A DNA stretch of 51,557 nucleotides from NCBI GenBank assembly GCA_002762845.1, contig PCYB01000066.1, positions 1-51,557 on the forward strand. The letters run 5' to 3'. Both the position numbers and the translations under genes were made by a program. This stretch comes from Candidatus Woesearchaeota archaeon CG10_big_fil_rev_8_21_14_0_10_36_11 (GTDB lineage: Archaea; Nanobdellota; Nanobdellia; Woesearchaeales; GW2011-AR9). A model generated the notes under the pieces. That model was not told where the DNA came from and made no database searches. It saw nothing but the letters and a program-made list of their open reading frames with translations. This document shows positions 30,338 through 37,800 of this stretch, one piece after another; position 1 is the first letter of the stretch, and every line of letters begins with the position of its first letter.

Positions 30338-30439
30338 CTTCTGTCTCCTTTTTTGGACTCCGTGAGATAAGTTTCATATCCTTGTTATTCTCATGGATTT
30401 TATAAAGTTTTATAAAGTCTCTTCCAAGTATATTCTCTA

Positions 30440-30736
30440 ATGCCACGATTAAAGTTTAAAAAAAAGTGTAACATATGCAAAGATGAGTGGGTTCTTGTTC
30501 ATCCACGAGAGTATACGATCTGTACAAAATGTCACATGAAACAGATTTTCTCTGAAGAAATTGATAATAAAAAATACGATTTTCTTAACATTAGTAAGAA
30601 ATTGTACGAACAATCACGTTTCTTACGGAATATCAGGCAAGCATATCTTATGTATAAGAACCTTACAGTCAAACAAATTTCTGCATTCAAAGATACTGTG
30701 AAGAAAGTCAAGGAAGGAAAAGAAGAATCAGAATAA
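30440..30736 (+). CDS. Small zinc-ribbon protein
   Basis: CNIC-x15-CTKC; TTTATAAA box about 25 bp upstream. Confidence 0.6.
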   Translation: MPRLKFKKKCNICKDEWVLVHPREYTICTKCHMKQIFSEEIDNKKYDFLNISKKLYEQSRFLRNIRQAYLMYKNLTVKQISAFKDTVKKVKEGKEESE

Positions 30737-30892
30737 TTTAAGTAATATTCTATTTTTGTTACATAACAATTTACACATAACAACTTACATAAAAAACTTT
30801 ATAAACATTTACTTAAGAATTTATAATGATAAGATACTTTTCCAGGCAACAAAACTGCCATTACTATTCTGGAGTGGTGTTTCTTCCGTAAT

Positions 30893-30908
30893 CTTTATAA
30901 AGTATATA
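30893..30908 (+). promoter_or_regulatory. Putative TATA box of the 31-47 kb locus
   Basis: CTTTATAAAGTATATA about 50 bp upstream of ATG 30955, followed by SD-like GAGGG. Confidence 0.4.
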
Positions 30909-30954
30909 CATTTTTAATTATCAAAACTAAAAGATACTGCTGAGGGCGCAATAT

Positions 30955-32484
30955 ATGATTGATACAACAGCAATAAGGCAACAATTTCCATATTTACAGA
31001 GGTCACTTCAGATGGATGTGCGCAATCCGCGGACCGATACACCGCGCCATTTTATGGATAGTACCGCTTCGACACATTTACCTCTTCCAGTTCTTGAAAG
31101 AATTGCACAAAGTCTTTTCAGTTATGCCAATGTTCACCGAGGCGAATATGACGCATCAATGGCAACAACAGAAGAGTTTGAAAGGTCATATAATATTGCT
31201 GCAAACTTAGTTAATGCTCGTTCTTGGCGGGAAATAATTTTTGGAAGAAATGCAACAGACATGATTAATCTTGTACGGCGTGGAATGGAACGTCAAGTTC
31301 GCTCAGGAGATAATATAGTTGTTACTGCCCTTGAACATAATTCTAATTATGTTCCATGGGTCGAACTTAAAGCAACGTTAGCAGATTTTGGTCGAGAGGT
31401 AGACATTCGAATAGTTCCATTTGATCTTAAAACGGGAGAACTTAACATGTCTGAATTGAAACATCTTGTTGACAAGAGAACAAAATTGGTTGCTGTTACA
31501 GGTGCATCAAACTTTATGGGAGTCAAACCAGACGTTGCAACAATTGGTGAGATTGCACATGCAAGTGGATATGTACAACCAGACGGTTTTCAGGGGTCAT
31601 ACTTATTAGTTGATGGGGCACAACTTGTTCCAGGAAGTCCTGTCGATGTTCAGAATCTTGACTGTGATTTTTTAGCATGGTCATTTCATAAAATGGCATT
31701 ACCTTTGGGTGTTGGTGGTTTATGGGCTCGAAAAGAAGCAATTCAACATTTTGATCCTTACATATCTGGTGGGGATATGATTTTAGATGTTACACCAGAC
31801 GCTATTGAGTTTCAAGATTTACCTTGGAAATATACTGCAGGAACACCAAACATCTTAGGAGTTATAGGGACTGGATTTGGTATAGAATTTCTTATTTCCA
31901 TGGCTTTGGGCAATTTGTCTGAACATGATGAGATTGAACGTACTGGAAAACGTATTGAAACAGAAATCCTTTTGAACACGCCACGGGGAGATTTTGAATA
32001 TAGTTTGTATAATGTTGAAGAAAGACATCCCGCTGAGGTCGAACTCTTTGGGAGATATGTTGAAAGACATCATGATGTAATGGCAACTCTTCAAAATCCC
32101 CAGAAACGATTAGAGAAAACAAAACACGTTGTACGAACAGCGATGGAAAAGATTCAATATCACGAGCAGGAACTTACACAACGTGCAATTGACGGTCTTG
32201 TAACTATACCTGGGATAACTTTGTATGGTCCTACTGATGCGACACAAAGAACCGGCCTTATTGCATTTAATCTTGCAGGTATAGAACCAATGGCACTTGC
32301 ATTTGCATTAAACAGAGAAGGTGTTGAGGTGCGAAACGGTGTTCACTGTGCATCTCTTGCACATCATTATTTGGGGATTAGAGAAACTGGAAGTGTCAGG
32401 ATGAGTGTCTACGTACCAACAACACAAGATGAAGTTACTGCTGCAGTAGATGCAGTTACTAGGATACAAAAAAGATTACATTAA
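30955..32484 (+). CDS. Cysteine desulfurase, SufS/CsdA (group II) type, with ~85-aa insertion
   Basis: MDSTAST, ANVHRG, LEHNSN, VDGAQ, SFHKM (PLP Lys), AGTP and RNGVHCA (catalytic Cys). Confidence 0.9.
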   Translation: MIDTTAIRQQFPYLQRSLQMDVRNPRTDTPRHFMDSTASTHLPLPVLERIAQSLFSYANVHRGEYDASMATTEEFERSYNIAANLVNARSWREIIFGRNATDMINLVRRGMERQVRSGDNIVVTALEHNSNYVPWVELKATLADFGREVDIRIVPFDLKTGELNMSELKHLVDKRTKLVAVTGASNFMGVKPDVATIGEIAHASGYVQPDGFQGSYLLVDGAQLVPGSPVDVQNLDCDFLAWSFHKMALPLGVGGLWARKEAIQHFDPYISGGDMILDVTPDAIEFQDLPWKYTAGTPNILGVIGTGFGIEFLISMALGNLSEHDEIERTGKRIETEILLNTPRGDFEYSLYNVEERHPAEVELFGRYVERHHDVMATLQNPQKRLEKTKHVVRTAMEKIQYHEQELTQRAIDGLVTIPGITLYGPTDATQRTGLIAFNLAGIEPMALAFALNREGVEVRNGVHCASLAHHYLGIRETGSVRMSVYVPTTQDEVTAAVDAVTRIQKRLH

Positions 32485-32525
32485 TTATGAAAAAAAAAGA
32501 TGGTTAGAGAGTGTGAAGAATAACA

Positions 32526-34586
32526 ATGACAAACAGAAAAATTATTGGGGCAACAACTGCAGTTGCTACTACGATTGATGCGGCTAGTGCACACCACATT
32601 GAAAAGTTACTTGCATTAGATGCAGTTATACAAAGACCCAAATCTTTAGAAGATGTTCGTTTCATGGGTGATTCTTTGATTGCATCATTCGGATTAAACA
32701 TGGACAATCCAACATTACCTCCAGATATAGATAAAGGATATGCCACTGCCGTTTCTTTTTTAGAACGTATTTGTTCTGTCTTTGAAGATCCAACACATGT
32801 TATTAGGATGGCTCCTTTTGCACATGCGTACCTTGGAACTCAAGGTTTTAACGATGCACTTGACGTTATTCTTGATCGGGCCGAGAAATTTCCTAATGAA
32901 CAACCAATGCTTGATACTATTTTTCCTGCAACAGCTTTAGTACAACCTTCATCTCGTGAAGAGTTTTTACTCAGTGTATTAGGATATGCTGCGGGAGAGT
33001 TAGAAGGCGATGAACTTCTCGGTTTGGGCTTCTTAATTAGTGATGCCAATCCAAATGTTACATTCACTGATCCTGGAGAATTTCCTTCAGAGTTTCCAAC
33101 AAGTGATGTACGTGATGCTGCCCATCGTATAGGAACATTTCTTGAATCAGGATTCTTTATTCCAGGTGTTGGATTTACTGATGTCTATAAAACATTCAAA
33201 GAAAAAATGGGTGGAGATATTGAGTATATGTTTAAAGAACCTTTACCAGAACATATAGTGGTTGTTTCTCCTAGTGAAGAGAAGTTTACATTTTTACAGG
33301 ATGATAATACTGTTGAGTGGACACCATCATATGACGCGCGGCCAAATACAACACATGAAAATCCTACAATTGTTATTGTGAATGATATTGTTCCTCTTGA
33401 TGCAGTGCGTTGTGTGTATCGTAATTCAACTATTGTGTATGTTGCAGGAAATAAACTTGCACGTGATGCAATGATGTCTGAACTTGGACCTAGCGCGCAA
33501 GAATTATTAATCGATACAACTGTTGTTAATGATAAAGGAGCAAAAAATCGTGTTGCAAATCACTTGAGGTATATTAGAACTCGGCGAGATAATTCTGGGC
33601 TGGTTGACTTTCGTGATATGTTAAATGCAGATATAAATGTAGCAGAAGATTTTGTTGCTCGAGGAAATGAACATTTCTTTGATTTCCGTAGCTCATTTGA
33701 AGAATTAGGGCGGGAAGGTCGTATTGATGCTATGGTTGAAGAAAAAGGATACACTGTTCCAATTAAAACAAATAATGATCTTGTTATGCTTCTTTCTCAT
33801 ACAGAAAGAGATTTAAACCCATTTTTTGAAAATGTAACACCAAAAACAGTTCGTGCATATTCAGGAATACCAGATATTACAAAAACAGGAATGCCTTTTG
33901 CTATCCTTACTAATATGTCTGTTCCTCATGCAGACATTATAGCAGCATATCCCTCTGCAACAGTTTTGTACGTTGCGCGAGATGACTCGGAAGAAACACG
34001 TATTATGAAAGCAAATCCCAATGGTGACATCTTTGTTGTTAACACTCAAAGTGTGGAAAGAGTTGCTGGTGGAGGTCGAAATCGTGCAGGATATGCCATT
34101 GTTGAAATGTTTTTTGAACAAATTGCAGCAGGAAGAACTGAAGGTGTCACTGTCATGTCTGCAATTACAAAAAGGATTTCAGCAGGGATTAAAAAAGAGA
34201 GAGATGATATACTTTTTAAAGAAAGTCTTCCGGGCTTTGCAGGAACGGCAGCATCATATTGGCGATTACAGGAAAAGTATCGTGCGACACCACTCGTTGC
34301 ACAATTAACGGATGGTGTTCTTATGGAAACATGTCCTACGGGCGGTTGTTTCAAACTTAATCAACCAGAACAAGGCGGATGTTGTGGTGGTGGGAACCTT
34401 CCTGGTGTTCTTATTGATTTTGCAATTGCGTACCGAAAACAAGTTGGTGATGAAAAGTTCATTGCAGAACTACAAACTTTTCATGGTGGGAACAGAACTG
34501 CGCCATGGTATCTTGATACGCGAGAGTACAAAAGAGTATTCCCTGGCGGCATTGAACCGAAAAAGAAAGGGCGGTTTACATTTTAA
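32526..34586 (+). CDS. Hypothetical protein with internal tandem duplication and Cys-rich C-terminus
   Basis: 686-aa ORF; two similar alpha/beta units; CPTGGC...GGCCGGG. Confidence 0.7.
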   Translation: MTNRKIIGATTAVATTIDAASAHHIEKLLALDAVIQRPKSLEDVRFMGDSLIASFGLNMDNPTLPPDIDKGYATAVSFLERICSVFEDPTHVIRMAPFAHAYLGTQGFNDALDVILDRAEKFPNEQPMLDTIFPATALVQPSSREEFLLSVLGYAAGELEGDELLGLGFLISDANPNVTFTDPGEFPSEFPTSDVRDAAHRIGTFLESGFFIPGVGFTDVYKTFKEKMGGDIEYMFKEPLPEHIVVVSPSEEKFTFLQDDNTVEWTPSYDARPNTTHENPTIVIVNDIVPLDAVRCVYRNSTIVYVAGNKLARDAMMSELGPSAQELLIDTTVVNDKGAKNRVANHLRYIRTRRDNSGLVDFRDMLNADINVAEDFVARGNEHFFDFRSSFEELGREGRIDAMVEEKGYTVPIKTNNDLVMLLSHTERDLNPFFENVTPKTVRAYSGIPDITKTGMPFAILTNMSVPHADIIAAYPSATVLYVARDDSEETRIMKANPNGDIFVVNTQSVERVAGGGRNRAGYAIVEMFFEQIAAGRTEGVTVMSAITKRISAGIKKERDDILFKESLPGFAGTAASYWRLQEKYRATPLVAQLTDGVLMETCPTGGCFKLNQPEQGGCCGGGNLPGVLIDFAIAYRKQVGDEKFIAELQTFHGGNRTAPWYLDTREYKRVFPGGIEPKKKGRFTF

Positions 34587-34618
34587 ATTAAACAAATAAA
34601 GACACACACAAACACACA

Positions 34619-35470
34619 ATGGTAAATAAAAAAAACGATACAATCCCATGTGGATACTGGAAGGATGTACACGGAGATGTGCACACTTTACCCGCAGGCT
34701 TTTGGACAGATAGGGACGGAGTAATCCGAGATAGAAGAGATAATCCACGACTTCCTGATGGAAGGTCAAGTGCTTTAGATGTATTTGCAAATTTACATGC
34801 GTCAACAAGTTTCCCAGACCTCTCAGGTCCAGAATCTGCTAGAATACAAGAATATCGAGAACTGGCTTATTCATTGATTATTATTTGTGGTGGTCAAGCA
34901 CCATCAGTAGTATCTCCAGTTTCGCGATCGCAAGGAACGGAAATACTAACACCTGCTGAAAGAAATGGTTGTTTTACATTCGGTGGTTTAGAAGTACAAC
35001 TAGATAAAGAAGAGATTGATGTTAGTGGAAAACCACAAACGTTTAACCGAAATTCGCCACCTGATTGTGTTCCTCAACTTTTACAGTTAGCATACGCTAC
35101 CATGTGCAATTCTCGCGAATCATATTTCCGTACAAAATTTGTTGCTAGCAATAAACCTGCAGAAGTATCAATTCTCAGAACGCATTATTTTCCTTTTAGT
35201 CTACTAGATAAAATCGATTCTGACGGAGATCCTATTGGGAGAGATATTGAGGTAGGACCTGCTCTTATGGATCATGTTTTGGTGGGGGGTACAGGTGTCC
35301 GAAGGGCGTATGTTACTCTTATGCTCCTTGATGGTGGTAGAGTGATATCTCAGTTACAAAAATATGGTGAAGGTACAGAAAGGATAATTCGCGCTGACGT
35401 TTTTTACAAACCTGTCGATGGAGAAGAAATAAAGATTGTTCCTTTGTATGAAAAAGAGATCTTGTTTTAG
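34619..35470 (+). CDS. Hypothetical protein
   Basis: 283-aa ORF in operon orientation; short N-terminal repeat PCGYWKDVHG/PAGFWTDRDG. Confidence 0.65.
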   Translation: MVNKKNDTIPCGYWKDVHGDVHTLPAGFWTDRDGVIRDRRDNPRLPDGRSSALDVFANLHASTSFPDLSGPESARIQEYRELAYSLIIICGGQAPSVVSPVSRSQGTEILTPAERNGCFTFGGLEVQLDKEEIDVSGKPQTFNRNSPPDCVPQLLQLAYATMCNSRESYFRTKFVASNKPAEVSILRTHYFPFSLLDKIDSDGDPIGRDIEVGPALMDHVLVGGTGVRRAYVTLMLLDGGRVISQLQKYGEGTERIIRADVFYKPVDGEEIKIVPLYEKEILF

Positions 35471-35525
35471 AAAATGACCTGGAGAATAAAAAATAAGCAA
35501 CAAAAAAGCAATTGGATATTCATGT

Positions 35526-35558
35526 TCATTATCGTGACGTTCTGACGTCACGGTATGA
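35526..35558. promoter_or_regulatory. Intergenic inverted repeat/hairpin upstream of the Ubl-like gene
   Basis: Perfect CGTGACGT-tctg-ACGTCACG (35533..35552), extendable outward with a G-U pair and one bulge. Confidence 0.5.
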
Positions 35559-35618
35559 TTAAAAAAAAAGTATGGTGGATGAAAAAGTTACAATAAACAA
35601 CACGAGGTAAAAATAAAA

Positions 35619-36272
35619 ATGGTAACAACAACAAGGCCATGTGGAGACACTCGGCCAGAAGATAGAAAAGATGAAAAAACAGTTGAAGAGCAGAAATATA
35701 CCGTTGGAAATTTAGATCCAAATTTTCACGTTATTCTTGCACTGTTTCCTGGATGTGTTCAGGGTGGTCGAGTAGCAGTTGCAACGCGGGGAGACGATAG
35801 GCACGTTCTTTTAGACGGAACAGCTCAACAAATTGTTGAATATGGTGTAGGAAAGCAAGTAACTATCGAGGGTGTAAAATATTCTCGAAACGTTAGTGCA
35901 AGAGCGCAACCTGCAGTTGACGGTATCATTGCTGAAATGACGGGAACTGGCGAAGTTGCAAAACTCATTGAAGAAACTGGTAAAAAGACAGGGAAAGGTG
36001 CTCAGTTTGGTGGGTACACTGTTACAGTTCATGCAAAAGCTGCCGATGGTACTGAAGTAAAAGAACGTGTTACTTTAGGTTCTAAAGTAAATCAGTACTT
36101 CCGTCCAGATAGTGTTCTGAAAGATGATGTTAAAAGGGAGTTCCTCGGCGGAGTAGAACTGATGGTATCTGCAATCATCATACCTGGAAGTTCCAATGAC
36201 AAAAATGTTTTAGGAACTGAAAGCACTTCTAGCTATTGTGCAAAGGGTACCATTGACTACAAACTAGCATGA
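35619..36272 (+). CDS. Putative ubiquitin-like (beta-grasp) pro-protein
   Basis: Pattern DGTAQQIVE...YTVTV...VTLGSKVNQYF...VELMVSAIIIPG parallels ubiquitin SDTIENVK...RLIF...GRTLSDY...LHLVLRLRGG; 27-aa tail after G190; stop overlaps the E2-like start (ATGA). Confidence 0.5.
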   Translation: MVTTTRPCGDTRPEDRKDEKTVEEQKYTVGNLDPNFHVILALFPGCVQGGRVAVATRGDDRHVLLDGTAQQIVEYGVGKQVTIEGVKYSRNVSARAQPAVDGIIAEMTGTGEVAKLIEETGKKTGKGAQFGGYTVTVHAKAADGTEVKERVTLGSKVNQYFRPDSVLKDDVKREFLGGVELMVSAIIIPGSSNDKNVLGTESTSSYCAKGTIDYKLA

Positions 36273-37735
36273 AAACATTAACAACGTTTTTGGAAAGGAT
36301 AGCTGAGAGGGGGCTTTCTTTTGTATTGCATGGAAGTCGTCTTTACGATTTCGTCGATACCGAGAAGTATCCGGATAATGTTCGTGTTGGCGGTTTTCAT
36401 CAATCATTAGTTCCCTCACTTTCTTTTTCTCATCTTGAACGTTTTGATGTTGATATGCAAGTAAGACCAATTCATACTCACTGTACCGGATATGTGAAAG
36501 ATACTGTCAATGCAGAACTGAAAGCAGAAGAAGAGTTACTCTCAGAAAAAGGGCGGATACACACTTTAGAATTTATCATGTATGAATTGTTACCTTTAAT
36601 CGTGAGCAAGAAATACGGTGCTGATAGTAGCATTTACCACGACGAAATTAATGCTGCTCTTGATGACTTAGAAGGGGGTACAGGAAAAACTTCTGGTGTT
36701 GAAATACAACAGGATAGATTTGTTCAAACAGCAAAAGAAGAGATACGAGCACAACTCGCACAGGATTTTGGAACTGACGATACGGTGGAAGAAAATCCAA
36801 GTGAACGATTACGTGCCATCGTATTGCAAAGAGAAAAACAATCTCTTAGTCGTGATCCTTTAGTTCCATTGTTATATACTCCCGAAGAAATTGGTATAGT
36901 TGAAGATGGTATTTCTTCATCACTGTTTGGAGAAATAACAGGTAACCAAGCATTATATGTTATTAATGGAAATGTCTTTCAGTTAGTGATACGAGACCAA
37001 CATGATGATGGTGCAGATAGTGTTGACAGTGAACTTGTTTTTACTGTTAACGGAAGGGAGTACGTTCCTGGTAAGAAAGTTACTGACATAGCAACACTTT
37101 CTTCAGAATATAAACAGCGCCGGGTAAAATTATGGCGTATTGCTGCCCTTGAAAAGAGTAAAGATGCGTTTGATATCATTAGAAATATAGTGAGAGAAGA
37201 TGGAGTAACACAAAGGCAAATGCATGAACTTGCAAAAAGAGAAGAGTATGATATTTCAGGTAGTGGTTTTATTTTAAGAGAAGGACACTATTATGTATAC
37301 ACAACAGTAAACAAATTTGCAACTCAAGATGGACGAAATGGTGATGTATTTTGGCCATTTCCTACAACACGTGTTGCTATTCAAGTTGGATCCAATGGTG
37401 GTGTACATTACGTTACTAGAGAAGTTTACGTTGTAGAACAGCGAGAACATCACCCCTGTATTCGTGAGAGAATGAGGCCTAGTGGATTTGGTTCATTATG
37501 TAACCTTAAAGATAGCAATTATGGAAAAACGCCCGCAGAGATGGTCCGTAGACTAAATGCTGGCGTAAATGTTGTTAGAGAGCCACTTAATCAAATCAGT
37601 CTTGATAAACATCCCGGGTACACATATTTTTATGTACATCTTGATGATATTTTAACTCAAGGTTCTTTGACACGTGCTGATGCAAGAGCACAGGGATATG
37701 ATGTTATTGAGGTGTTAGAAAAAAAAGTGACATAA
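36269..37735 (+). CDS. Putative E2/UBC-like conjugating enzyme with large N-terminal extension
   Basis: C-terminal beta-rich segment, then HHPCI...GFGSLC(411)NL, matching E2 HPN...GxICL; lies directly upstream of the JAB and E1 genes. Confidence 0.58.
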   Translation: MKTLTTFLERIAERGLSFVLHGSRLYDFVDTEKYPDNVRVGGFHQSLVPSLSFSHLERFDVDMQVRPIHTHCTGYVKDTVNAELKAEEELLSEKGRIHTLEFIMYELLPLIVSKKYGADSSIYHDEINAALDDLEGGTGKTSGVEIQQDRFVQTAKEEIRAQLAQDFGTDDTVEENPSERLRAIVLQREKQSLSRDPLVPLLYTPEEIGIVEDGISSSLFGEITGNQALYVINGNVFQLVIRDQHDDGADSVDSELVFTVNGREYVPGKKVTDIATLSSEYKQRRVKLWRIAALEKSKDAFDIIRNIVREDGVTQRQMHELAKREEYDISGSGFILREGHYYVYTTVNKFATQDGRNGDVFWPFPTTRVAIQVGSNGGVHYVTREVYVVEQREHHPCIRERMRPSGFGSLCNLKDSNYGKTPAEMVRRLNAGVNVVREPLNQISLDKHPGYTYFYVHLDDILTQGSLTRADARAQGYDVIEVLEKKVT

Positions 37736-37800
37736 AAAAACAGTATTGTATTACAATACAATACAACAATACAAAAAATAAATAAGAAAGGAATGATACA

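Noticed and set aside
30440..30736. Small Cys protein as the RING E3 of the Ubl system
   Set aside because: Only two CxxC pairs (zinc ribbon), not the 8-ligand cross-brace; it has its own TATA box and is 218 bp from the locus.
30955..32484. DndA of a phosphorothioation system
   Set aside because: Motif is group II SufS-like (RxGxHCA), and no dndBCDE/ssp genes are present.
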